Positions 55,159 through 64,000 of a DNA stretch of 64,000 nucleotides are shown here, piece by piece. Below the pieces are notes generated by a model. It made no database searches. It was not told the origin of the DNA and saw only the letters and a list, made by a program, of their open reading frames with translations. The DNA lies in assembly GCA_050633305.1 (NCBI GenBank), contig JBOEGF010000018.1, forward strand, positions 480,001 to 544,000. Reading direction: 5' to 3'. Both the position numbers and the translations under genes were made by a program. Each line of letters starts with the position of its first letter. Within the stretch, counting starts at the first letter, position 1. The stretch is from Nannocystales bacterium (GTDB lineage Bacteria > Myxococcota_A > Polyangia > Nannocystales > Nannocystaceae).

Positions 55159-57600
55159 ATGCGCTTACCGTTGCGGTCTGCTTCCGTCGTTGTCGTGCCC
55201 TTGCTCGTCGCCGCCTGCGGCGACTCTGCCGCTTCGGGGGAGGCGGGGACCGACGGCATCGACACCCTGTCGAGTGCGGGTCCGACCTCTTCGACCGGAA
55301 TCGCTGATGGGACGGAGACCAGCACGACGCTGGGCGAGGGAAGCTCGAACGCAGATACGGGCAGTGGGACCTCCGACGGATCGGGAGACAACACGACGGC
55401 GAGCGGTCCTTCTTCGGAGACATCGTCGAGCACAGGCGGGGAGGCTGTCTGCGAGACCGTGCTGTGCGGAGCGACGGACGAGTGCTGTGCGACAGACGAA
55501 GAGTGCGTCCTCGGTGCCTGCCTCGACACGTGTGACTCGGGCATTCGGTGCGGCGATGCACAAGACATCTGCTGCGACGGCGGGCAGGTTTGTCTGGGCG
55601 AGCAGTGCGCGGACCCGACGGGTGCCTGCGCGGACTCGTTCGACTGTGAGGACAGCGAGTTCTGCGAGCCGACCCTCGAGCAGTGCCTGCCGCAGTTCGA
55701 CCCGGTTGCGTGCGAGTTGGTGCCCGACTTCGAGGATGTCTCGGTGTTGTTGGAGTGGAGCTACGAGGCCAACGAGATCATCTCGATTCCGGTGGTGGCG
55801 GACATCGATGGGGACGGTGTTGCCGAGGTCGTGGTCAACATTACCCAGCAGGATGGATTGAGCTGGCCCGGTGGCAACATCGTCGTACTCGATGGGCAGA
55901 GCGGTGCCATCGAACTCGAAATCCCGCACGACCCCGACAACGATAGCTGGGGAGCACACGGGCGCTCGACGATTGGGCTCACCGATGTGAGCGGGGATGG
56001 ACTCCCGGACATCATCTACGCCGCGCGTCCTGAGTCTGGAAGCTCGCGCATCGTCGCCGTGGATAGCGACGGCACATTGCTGTGGTCGTCGCATGATGCC
56101 GGCGACGCCGTGCAACGCTTCTCGGTCGAAAACGGCGCCCCGTCGTTCGCCAACTTCGACGACGACGACGAAGCGGAGATCGTCTTTGGTGCTGCGATGA
56201 TCGACGATGATGGGCTGGTCGTCTGGAACCAGGACGGCAACGGAGCTGTGTTTGGGACCAACAACAACTACACCGGTGGTATCTCGTCGCTTGTCGACCT
56301 CACCGGGGATGGCCACCCGGAGGTGGTCTCGGGCGCCCAAGCTTGGTCGGTTGATTGGACAGAGATGGTCGGAATGGATCCGATCGTCAGCGTGACGCCG
56401 CTGTGGGATGCAGGCGGCAGCGACGGCTATCCCGCCATCGCGGATGTGGATCTCGACGGGACGCCTGAGGTGATCCTCGTCGCCAACGGCCAGCTGCGAG
56501 TTCTGGAAGGCGACAGCGGGTTGGCCTGGTGCGGGGTCGACCCCACCGAGGCCATGTGCAATGCCGACCCTGGGCTGCGAACCGCTGCGGTCGCGATCCC
56601 CGGCGGGGGTCGAGGTGGCCCGCCTACGGTGGCGGACTTCGACGGGGACGGCCGGCCCGAGCTGGCCACGGCGGGTGGCGGCTCATACACGGTGTACGAC
56701 TTGTACCGAGCCGGAGAGAGCATCGTGATGGGTGCCACACCGTCTTTGGGTGACGTGTTCGAGCGCTGGTCAGCGACAACCCAGGACCAGAGCAGCAACG
56801 CCACGGGCAGCAGCGTGTTCGACTTCCAAGGAGACGGCGCGGCCGAGGTCGTCTACGCCGACGAGTGCTTCATGCGTGTATACGACGGCGCGAGCGGTGA
56901 GGTTCTGCTCGAAGTCGAAAGCAGCAGCGCGACCATTCACGAGTATCCGTTGGTCGTCGATGTTGATGATGACGGAAACTCCGAGATCCTCGTGGTGGCC
57001 AACGACAGCGGCAACGACTGCACTGGCGTTCCTGGCTACACCGAGCGCCGCGGTGTGTTCGTCTACGGCGACGCCTTCGACCAGTGGGTCGGCACACGGC
57101 AGGTGTGGACCTCTCACGCGTATCACGTCACCAATTCGACCTCCGCCGGTAACGCTCCCGCCGCCGAGGACGATAACTGGCTACAGCCCAACCTGAACAA
57201 CTACCGCCAGAATGTCCAAGGGACGGGGGTGTTCAACGCTCCGGACCTCTCCGTTGACCTCGTCGCCCAACTCGACATGTGCAACGACGGCTTCCTCGAG
57301 GTCGTCGCGACAGTGCGCAACTTGGGCGCGCTCGGAGTGCCCTCGGGGATCGAAGTGAGTCTCTATGGGGGAATGGACGCGATGGGAACGCTCGTAAGCA
57401 CCGAACTGACCGCGATACCGCTGCTGCCCGGCCAGCAGACCCAAGTCTCGTGGGCGGTACCTTTCGCCCAAGGTGACCCCGCAATGGATTTCTTCGTGAA
57501 CGTCGACGGAGCAGATGTCGTGGCCGGCGCGGTCGACGAGTGCGTCGAAGACAACAATGATGCTCAGACGCTGAGCGCAGAATGCTTGTTCCCCGGGTGA
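55159..57600 (+). CDS. Cys-rich FG-GAP repeat lipoprotein with C-terminal CARDB-like domain
   Basis: Lipobox VAAC; S/T linker; DxDGDG repeats; PDL..VRNLG..DECVEDNN. Confidence 0.82.
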   Translation: MRLPLRSASVVVVPLLVAACGDSAASGEAGTDGIDTLSSAGPTSSTGIADGTETSTTLGEGSSNADTGSGTSDGSGDNTTASGPSSETSSSTGGEAVCETVLCGATDECCATDEECVLGACLDTCDSGIRCGDAQDICCDGGQVCLGEQCADPTGACADSFDCEDSEFCEPTLEQCLPQFDPVACELVPDFEDVSVLLEWSYEANEIISIPVVADIDGDGVAEVVVNITQQDGLSWPGGNIVVLDGQSGAIELEIPHDPDNDSWGAHGRSTIGLTDVSGDGLPDIIYAARPESGSSRIVAVDSDGTLLWSSHDAGDAVQRFSVENGAPSFANFDDDDEAEIVFGAAMIDDDGLVVWNQDGNGAVFGTNNNYTGGISSLVDLTGDGHPEVVSGAQAWSVDWTEMVGMDPIVSVTPLWDAGGSDGYPAIADVDLDGTPEVILVANGQLRVLEGDSGLAWCGVDPTEAMCNADPGLRTAAVAIPGGGRGGPPTVADFDGDGRPELATAGGGSYTVYDLYRAGESIVMGATPSLGDVFERWSATTQDQSSNATGSSVFDFQGDGAAEVVYADECFMRVYDGASGEVLLEVESSSATIHEYPLVVDVDDDGNSEILVVANDSGNDCTGVPGYTERRGVFVYGDAFDQWVGTRQVWTSHAYHVTNSTSAGNAPAAEDDNWLQPNLNNYRQNVQGTGVFNAPDLSVDLVAQLDMCNDGFLEVVATVRNLGALGVPSGIEVSLYGGMDAMGTLVSTELTAIPLLPGQQTQVSWAVPFAQGDPAMDFFVNVDGADVVAGAVDECVEDNNDAQTLSAECLFPG

Positions 57601-58808
57601 GCACCGAAACCGAGACAGACCTGCATCCTCCACGCCCGTTTTGGCGACGCTTGGTTCGATGGGCCGGGCTCGCGACTCTCGCCGTTCTGATCGCCATGCT
57701 TGGCCTCGCGACCGTCGTACTGGTCCAGGGGTGGGAGGCGATCGGGTACGCTCCTCGCGGCGAACGGTTGGCGAAGATGAGGGCGTCGCCGCAGTGGGCG
57801 GACGGGGTGTTCGAGAACCCGCAGCCGCTGTGGAACGACGAGATCGGTATGGTCACCGAGTTCGCCGAGTCGGAGCCCAATCGTGTCCCCGACGCGCCAC
57901 TTCCGGTCGACTCCGTGGAGCCCGAACGCTTCATGAAGGGGCCCGCCTCAGGCCTACGGATCACCTGGCTCGGCCACTCCACCTTGCTCATCGAAATCGA
58001 CGGACAGGTGTTGCTGACCGACCCTGTGTGGGGCCCGCGGACGTCCCCGGTGGACTGGTTGGGACCGAAGCGTTGGTATGCACCGCCGTTGGCGCTCGAG
58101 GACCTGCCGAAGCTCGACGCCGTGCTCATCTCGCACGATCACTACGACCATCTCGACTACCCCACAATCGTGGCGCTCGCTGGTCGGGACACGCGGTTCT
58201 TCGCGCCCTTGGGCGTGGGTGCTCACCTCGAAGCGTGGGGCGTTCCCGCGGCGCGCATCGAAGACGTCGACTGGTGGGATGTACACGAGGTGGCGGGTTT
58301 GACGATCACGACCACACCCTCACGGCACGCGTCGGGGCGACAGATCTTGGACCAGAACCGGACGCTCTGGGCCGGCTACGCGATCCGCTCGGAGAACCAC
58401 AACGTGTTCTTCTCGGGCGACACCGGGCTGTTCCCCGGGATGACCGAAATCGGGGAGCGACTCGGGCCGTTCGAGGTGACCATGCTCGAAGTCGGTGCCT
58501 ACGCGCAGGCGTGGCCCGACTGGCACCTCGGGCCGGAACAGGCGGTCACGGCCCACCAGATGCTGCAGGGAGAGAAACTCTTGCCTGTGCACTGGGGGCT
58601 GTTCGACTTGGCCAATCACGGCTGGGCTGAGCCGATGGAGCGCGTGATGGATGCGGCGGCGAAAGACGGCGTGTCGGTGCTCGCGCCGCGTCCGGGTCAG
58701 AGCCTCGAGCCCACAACGGCCGGAGCGCCTCAGCGGTGGTGGCCAGAGCTTCCCTACCGGACTGCGGAGGACTACCCGATCGAAGCGACCAAGATGGGCG
58801 CCGGCTGA
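57597..58808 (+). CDS. MBL-fold metallohydrolase (RomA/NAPE-PLD-like)
   Basis: TWLGHST, LTDPVW, SHDHYDHLD, FSGDTG, PVHWG. Confidence 0.9.
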   Translation: MSTETETDLHPPRPFWRRLVRWAGLATLAVLIAMLGLATVVLVQGWEAIGYAPRGERLAKMRASPQWADGVFENPQPLWNDEIGMVTEFAESEPNRVPDAPLPVDSVEPERFMKGPASGLRITWLGHSTLLIEIDGQVLLTDPVWGPRTSPVDWLGPKRWYAPPLALEDLPKLDAVLISHDHYDHLDYPTIVALAGRDTRFFAPLGVGAHLEAWGVPAARIEDVDWWDVHEVAGLTITTTPSRHASGRQILDQNRTLWAGYAIRSENHNVFFSGDTGLFPGMTEIGERLGPFEVTMLEVGAYAQAWPDWHLGPEQAVTAHQMLQGEKLLPVHWGLFDLANHGWAEPMERVMDAAAKDGVSVLAPRPGQSLEPTTAGAPQRWWPELPYRTAEDYPIEATKMGAG

Positions 58809-58827
58809 CGCTGCTATCCTCCGCGCC

Positions 58828-59499
58828 GTGGCGGAGATCATCGTTCACCACCTGGAAAAGTCTCGTTCGCATCGCTTGCTCTGGATGCTCGAAGAGCTCG
58901 AGTTGCCGTACGAGATGAAGACGTACAAGCGTGACCCGGTCACGATCCGGGGCCCGGATAGTCTCAAGAAGATCCACCCGCTCGGAAAGGCGCCGGTGCT
59001 CGAGGTCGATGGTCGGAGCTATGCCGAGTCCGGTGCGATCCTCGAGCATTGTGCCGAGGTCTTGGGCGAGGGCCGCTTTCGACCGGACGCCCCGGGGGAG
59101 GCGTTCGACCTCTACCGGTACTGGATGCACTACGCGGAGGGTTCTCTGATGTCGCCGTTGCTGGTGCGGCTGCTCATGAGCAAGGTCGAGAGCGCGCCGC
59201 TCCCGTTCTTCATCAAACCTGTGGCCAAAGGCATCGTGAAGAAGGTCGAAGGGGCCTTCACCGCTCCCGAACTCGAGAATCACGCGAGGTTCATCGAGCA
59301 GCATCTCGACGAGCATGCCTACTTTGCTGGCGACGACTTCACCGCGGCGGATGTGCAGATGAGCTATCCGGTCGAAGCATTGCTTGCGCGGGGCCGTGTC
59401 GACGTGAACCAAGACAAGACGCGCGCCTGGTTTAACACCGTGAGCGCGCGTCCTGCCTATCTTCGTGCCGCCGAGAAGGGCGGCCCGGTGATGTTGTAG
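58828..59499 (+). CDS. Glutathione S-transferase
   Basis: HHLEKSRSHRLLWMLEEL, HPLGKAPV, AESGAI, HYAEGS, FTAAD. Confidence 0.92.
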   Translation: MAEIIVHHLEKSRSHRLLWMLEELELPYEMKTYKRDPVTIRGPDSLKKIHPLGKAPVLEVDGRSYAESGAILEHCAEVLGEGRFRPDAPGEAFDLYRYWMHYAEGSLMSPLLVRLLMSKVESAPLPFFIKPVAKGIVKKVEGAFTAPELENHARFIEQHLDEHAYFAGDDFTAADVQMSYPVEALLARGRVDVNQDKTRAWFNTVSARPAYLRAAEKGGPVML

Positions 59500-59515
59500 C
59501 CCGAGTCGCGGCGGA

Positions 59516-61342
59516 TTAGTCGCGGCGACGTCGGAGGCCGAGGACGAGTCCGAACAAGACGAGGGCTGCCGGGGCTCCATCGTCGCCCGAGGTGCAGCCA
59601 CACCCGTCGTCACCGTCATCGACGCCGGTGCCGATGGAGTCGGACGAACCATCGGTATCCGACGCCGCCGTGGTGGCCGTGTCGGAGTCGGACTCCGAGG
59701 TCTCGCCTACCGAGTCGGAGTCCGAATCGCTGGTGCTGTCATCGGCTCCGCCGCCAGAGCTGTCGCCGGCACCACCGCCCGTGGTTCCGCTGGCTTCGCC
59801 CTCGAAGTCGATGACGATGTCGGCCAAGACCTGTGGCTCGGTCAGCGGTTCTTCGCCCGTGCAGCTGATGTAGTCGTAGGTCCACTGCGGCGTGATGACG
59901 TAGGCGTCTTCGGCGGGCGCGCCTTCGGAGCGAACGACGAACTCGAGCTGCTTGGCGCCATCGACAGCAACGTCACCGATGGCAACGCCCGCGGCCAGTC
60001 CAGCCGCATCGACCCCGTTGCCGTCGATGTCGCCGTCGTTGCCATCGATGGCGAAGCTGTCCAGGGTGAGGCCGTCTGGAAGCTGTGCCTGGAAGATGAC
60101 TCCAGTCGCGTCGGACTCGCCCATGTTGGCGATGTCGACGGTGACCGTGGAGGTCTCGTCGATTGCGAGGGTGGTGGGGGCGGCCGCCGCGGCAGCGCTC
60201 GAGAGGTCAGGTGCGTTGACCTCGATGCCGAAGGCCACCACCGTGGGGATGTATGAGTCGCTCGCCGTTTGGGTGCGGATGACCGCTTCGGTCTGTCCGT
60301 TGGCCAGCTGGTTGTCCGCGGAGTTGACCGAGACACGGGTGATGTCCCAACCCTGGCGGCCACCGATGACATTGTCGCCTGCGATCGCGTCGTGGTTGAG
60401 GTCGCCGGCAGTCCCTGCCATGTCGAGGGCACCGTCCGCGTCGTTGAGCTGCGAGCAGAAGAAGTTGTCCTCCGGGTTGTTGGGCCCGGCCAGGTTTACG
60501 AACGGCCCGGCTGCGCTCTGGGCAATTGCGAAGCTGTCGCCCTCGCGGTCTGCGTCACCTTCCATTGCGCTGACGACCGCGTAGCCGTCGAAGTCGCCTT
60601 GGGGCGGGGTGCAGAAGCCTTCGAACTCGTAGTCCTCGGTGGAGTCTTCGTCGACGTAGGAGCCTCCGACGAAGATGGTCAGGTTGCGGACCTGCTCACC
60701 CGCGGTGCGGTACGCGACGACGAGCGTCCACCCTGCGGTGTTGAGCTCGTCGATGAGTGAGTCTTGCGTCGCAGGGACGCCTTCGGTGGCGTAGAACCCC
60801 GCGCCGTGTACGGAGACGAACTCCGTGACGTCGGCGGAACGCATGTAGTTGTTGACCGGGAACCCCTCGTTCGCGGTCTCCATGATCGTGAGCGCGGTGG
60901 TCGGGTCGGGGTCGACGACCAGCGAGTCGCCTCCGAAGGAGAGCGTCACGGAGCTGTCGAGATCGCCGGTGACGTCCTCGCTGCCATAAAACGTGCTGCC
61001 GCCCCAGATCAACTCGGCGTAGAGCACCTGCGTGTTGTCTCCGGGGAGCACCAGCTCGCCGTCGGAGCCATTGAGGGTCCAGTCGTTCGTGGTGCCGTCC
61101 CCCCATGGGTTGCCCACGTTGGCTGGGAAGTCATCGATGCTGGTCTCATCGAGGGTGAGGAACGTGCCGATCGAGTCTTCTGTTCCGGGGCTGTTGAGGT
61201 CGAGCGCCTTGCTCAGACCGAGGGTGTTGCCGGTCGCGACGATGTTGCCGGCGGCCGTTTCCCGGAAGCGAAGCTCAGACGCGTCGGCGGCGGTCGACGC
61301 GAGGCCCACCGCAAGGCAAGTCAAAATAGAGGAGCGTCTCAT
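59516..61342 (-). CDS. Surface protein with DUF3344/DUF11-like domains and MYXO-CTERM-type sorting signal
   Basis: Signal peptide; YAELIWGG, GWTLVVAY, EGD; ends GCGC...ALVLFGLVLGLRRRRD. Confidence 0.8.
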   Translation of the reverse strand: MRRSSILTCLAVGLASTAADASELRFRETAAGNIVATGNTLGLSKALDLNSPGTEDSIGTFLTLDETSIDDFPANVGNPWGDGTTNDWTLNGSDGELVLPGDNTQVLYAELIWGGSTFYGSEDVTGDLDSSVTLSFGGDSLVVDPDPTTALTIMETANEGFPVNNYMRSADVTEFVSVHGAGFYATEGVPATQDSLIDELNTAGWTLVVAYRTAGEQVRNLTIFVGGSYVDEDSTEDYEFEGFCTPPQGDFDGYAVVSAMEGDADREGDSFAIAQSAAGPFVNLAGPNNPEDNFFCSQLNDADGALDMAGTAGDLNHDAIAGDNVIGGRQGWDITRVSVNSADNQLANGQTEAVIRTQTASDSYIPTVVAFGIEVNAPDLSSAAAAAAPTTLAIDETSTVTVDIANMGESDATGVIFQAQLPDGLTLDSFAIDGNDGDIDGNGVDAAGLAAGVAIGDVAVDGAKQLEFVVRSEGAPAEDAYVITPQWTYDYISCTGEEPLTEPQVLADIVIDFEGEASGTTGGGAGDSSGGGADDSTSDSDSDSVGETSESDSDTATTAASDTDGSSDSIGTGVDDGDDGCGCTSGDDGAPAALVLFGLVLGLRRRRD

Positions 61343-61443
61343 GCGGACAGTGTGGGCAAAGGGGCGACCGTGTTCTGTGAGCCCGCACCCGGAACGGCAA
61401 AAAACGCAGCCCACGCCAGATGCGCGGTCGGTATGTTCCGCGC

Positions 61444-62469
61444 ATGGAACCTACGCAGGCGGCAGACGCACGAGCGGGCCGAGCGCTCGCTTTGGTCCGG
61501 GGGCTTCAGTCGAGGTTTGCCGAAGGCCTCGGGGCGCTCCCGGGGGCCGCGCGATATCAGCCGGTCGAATGGGTTCGTGACGATGGGCGACACGGTGGTG
61601 GCGTACGCCTGGTGGCGCCCACGTGCGATGCGTTTAACCGCGCGTCGGTGAACGTGTCGCAGGTCCACTATGACGACGAACCCCAGCGAAAGCTCTCGTC
61701 GGCGACCGCCTTGTCGACCATCGTGCATCCTGCAAACCCGAGGGCCCCCTCGGTGCACATTCACATCAGCTGGACGTCGATGCGTTCGGGGTCGGCCTAT
61801 TGGCGGATGATGGCGGATCTCAACCCCGCGATCCTCGATGCAGGCGACCGGGATACCTACGACACGGTGCTTCGCGGAGCGTTGGGAGACGCGTACGCGG
61901 CGGGGCGGGAGAATGCAGACCGCTACTTCTACATCCCGGCGCTGAACCGTCACCGCGGGGTGTCGCACGTCTACCTCGAGGGGCACGACTCGGGTGACTT
62001 TGAAGCCGACCTCGGGTTGGCGCAGTCGTTCGGGGAAGCGGTGACCGACGGCTATGTGGAGCTTGCAGCGGCGGCGCTGGGGAGGACGTGGACAGACGAG
62101 GATGTCGTCGCGCAGCGGGCCTATCACACCGTCTACCTGTTCCAGGTGCTGACCTTGGACCGGGGCACCACATCGGGGCTCCTGATCCACGACCAGAATG
62201 ACGTCGGGATTCTCGGGTCGCTTCCGGCGGTGGTCGACGCGAAGCTGTTGCGTTCTTGGGCTGATGCGGTGCCCGACCCTCAGGTTCCACTCGTCCACGG
62301 CCTGGCCGACGCGCTCGGGGACGCGTCGGAGGCGGTGGTCGACGAAGCACGGAAGCGCGCCATGGCGCAGGTCGTTCGGCAGCACTACAAGGCGCACCCC
62401 GAAGCGTTGGAACACCAAGCGGCGGGTCCTGTCATTCCGACCACCGTGGCCAACCACGGCCGGACCTGA
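61444..62469 (+). CDS. hemF: Oxygen-dependent coproporphyrinogen III oxidase (divergent)
   Basis: GGG, FNRASVNVSQVH, HPANPRAPSVH, DLNP, YFYIP, DRGT.SGL, ILGSLP. Confidence 0.85.
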   Translation: MEPTQAADARAGRALALVRGLQSRFAEGLGALPGAARYQPVEWVRDDGRHGGGVRLVAPTCDAFNRASVNVSQVHYDDEPQRKLSSATALSTIVHPANPRAPSVHIHISWTSMRSGSAYWRMMADLNPAILDAGDRDTYDTVLRGALGDAYAAGRENADRYFYIPALNRHRGVSHVYLEGHDSGDFEADLGLAQSFGEAVTDGYVELAAAALGRTWTDEDVVAQRAYHTVYLFQVLTLDRGTTSGLLIHDQNDVGILGSLPAVVDAKLLRSWADAVPDPQVPLVHGLADALGDASEAVVDEARKRAMAQVVRQHYKAHPEALEHQAAGPVIPTTVANHGRT

Positions 62470-62476
62470 GCGGGCG

Positions 62477-63502
62477 CTACATCAGCCCGCGCTCGACGAA
62501 CGACGCTGCGGTATCGAGGATGGTCTCGGACGCGGGGCGGTACTCGATGCCAAGCACTGCCTTGGACTTGCTGTGGTCGAGTTGGCGGTGCACGTCGAGG
62601 TTGCGCCGGAGGAAGTCCCAACTCAGTCGCTTGTCGAACAAGGCCACGCCGTACATCGCGATGTTGGGCATCTGGTACCGAGGGATCTTGTGCTGCGGAT
62701 ACTTGGGGCGCAGTACATCGGCCAGCTCTCGCATCCACATGCCTTGATTCGAGAGAATGTGGCGACCCTGAGCCTCGGGCCGCCGCAGGGCCTCGACATG
62801 CGCTCGTGCAACGTCCCGGACGTCGACGATGTTGAAGCGAAACCGGGGCGCCAGCGGAAACTTGCCGGAGAGAAGGTCGTGCAGGACGTTGGGGGATGAG
62901 CGGAGGTGGGTCTTGGTGAAGATCGGTCCCAGCACCAGCGCAGGACTGATCGTGACCACGCGGTAGTCCGCGGTTTCGGCCCGTTTCCATGCCTCGCGTT
63001 CGGCGAGCGCTTTCGAGAGCGGGTACGGGGCCGTATGCACCGTGGCCGAGTCATTCCAGTCGTCCTCGGTAAACCGGTACGACGGGTCTTTCGCGTCGTC
63101 TATGATGGCCGCGATCGAAGAGGTGACCACGACGGTGTGCACCCCATCTGCGGCATCGATCGCGTCGAACACGTTGCGGGTTCCGTCGACGGCGACGTCC
63201 ACGATGTCGCGTTGGGGGTCGTCAGCACGCAGGCGCACGGAGGACGCGGCGTGGACAACCGCCTGACAGCCCTGCACCGGGCCGTGAAAATCGCCGGGCT
63301 TCATGAGGTCGGCGGCCACGAGCTCGAGCCGGTCCGCGCCATCGAGCGCCCGCAGGTGTGCCGTCTTGGCCGGGTCGTCCGGGTTGCGGACCGTGGCTCG
63401 CACCTCGAACCCCGCCTCGAGAAGCTGCTGCACAATATGTGAAGCGATGTAGCCGGACCCGCCGGTTACGAGGATGCGGTCGCCGGGGCGCAGAGCGGAC
63501 AT
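62477..63502 (-). CDS. NAD-dependent epimerase/aldehyde reductase (extended SDR)
   Basis: LVTGGSGYIA, HAAS, TSS, YPLSK, DVRDVA. Confidence 0.9.
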   Translation of the reverse strand: MSALRPGDRILVTGGSGYIASHIVQQLLEAGFEVRATVRNPDDPAKTAHLRALDGADRLELVAADLMKPGDFHGPVQGCQAVVHAASSVRLRADDPQRDIVDVAVDGTRNVFDAIDAADGVHTVVVTSSIAAIIDDAKDPSYRFTEDDWNDSATVHTAPYPLSKALAEREAWKRAETADYRVVTISPALVLGPIFTKTHLRSSPNVLHDLLSGKFPLAPRFRFNIVDVRDVARAHVEALRRPEAQGRHILSNQGMWMRELADVLRPKYPQHKIPRYQMPNIAMYGVALFDKRLSWDFLRRNLDVHRQLDHSKSKAVLGIEYRPASETILDTAASFVERGLM

Positions 63503-63544
63503 GGTCCGGAGCCTCGCGTACCCGCCACGCGAGAGCAATCGGTG

Positions 63545-64000
63545 TCAGCGAGGTCGGGGCTGTACGCAGACGACCGATGCGATCTCCTGGTCCAGCCACG
63601 GCGATGAGCGGCGCGTGCGAGGGTCGTAGACGTAGATCGTGTCGTCGTGCGGCCCCCGTTGCCGGGTCCAGTAGGCGGAGCGCGGTGAAGCTTTGCCGCG
63701 GTGAATCTCGCGGGCCTGGGCCCGGGAGGGCAGCGACCAGCCGCCGAGTCCATCGACTTGCAGTCCAGAACATGCGGTCTTGGCATCCGTCCAGCCGAGC
63801 TCGTCCCCGTCGGCGGCCGGGACGGCGAAGTTCTCCCGGGAGCTCTGGACCCGTCCTTGCGAGAGTGCTCCGCGAAGCGTGCGGGCGGCTCGGGCGGCTC
63901 GACGAGCAGCCGCCGGGGACAACGGCTTGGGTGGTCGTACGACCTTCGGACGCGGCGCGGGTGTGGCTACCACCGGGGCCGACAGGTCAGGCTCTGGCGC
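63545..64000 (-). CDS. C-terminal part of a protein with a DUF1566/Lcl-like domain (5' end outside window)
   Basis: Frame open to the window edge; LGWTDAKTAC..L..DG..GWSLPS, YWT, VVCV after a Pro-rich linker. Confidence 0.65.
   Translation of the reverse strand, partial: APEPDLSAPVVATPAPRPKVVRPPKPLSPAAARRAARAARTLRGALSQGRVQSSRENFAVPAADGDELGWTDAKTACSGLQVDGLGGWSLPSRAQAREIHRGKASPRSAYWTRQRGPHDDTIYVYDPRTRRSSPWLDQEIASVVCVQPRPR

Noticed and set aside
9286..62469. hemE, prmC (hemK) and hemF as a haem cluster
   Set aside because: hemE and hemF are over 50 kb apart, and HemK is a release-factor methyltransferase unrelated to haem synthesis.

Overview
GC-rich chromosomal window that looks myxobacterial (probably Nannocystaceae-like). 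This is inferred from a MYXO-CTERM-type C-terminus, many Ser/Thr/Asp-linker lipoproteins with Cys-rich or FG-GAP repeats, a Ser/Thr kinase-TPR protein and TIGR02270/DUF6484-like genes. Most of the window is housekeeping or envelope genes: trmK (partial), an RND pump, lpoB-like, hemE, prmC, cytochrome c peroxidase, cysE, rtcR-rtcBA, GST and hemF-like. The standout is a compact ~4.9 kb element integrated in tRNA-Phe(GAA) and bounded by a 55-bp direct repeat (38538-38592 / 43423-43477). It has six co-oriented genes: tyrosine integrase, Xis/AlpA-like HTH, a small HUH rolling-circle Rep-like protein, an HGGxSTG zinc-finger protein, and an ABC-ATPase + TOPRIM-like pair resembling PARIS-type anti-phage systems. 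That ATPase has an unusual histone-like basic N-terminal tail and a DN Walker B. Other candidates are a coupled lipoprotein/HSP90-like ATPase/degenerate paralog/patatin operon, a pseudo-receiver-DUF4388-Roadblock + Roadblock module, and two structured non-coding regions. All family assignments come from motif recognition by eye; no searches were run.
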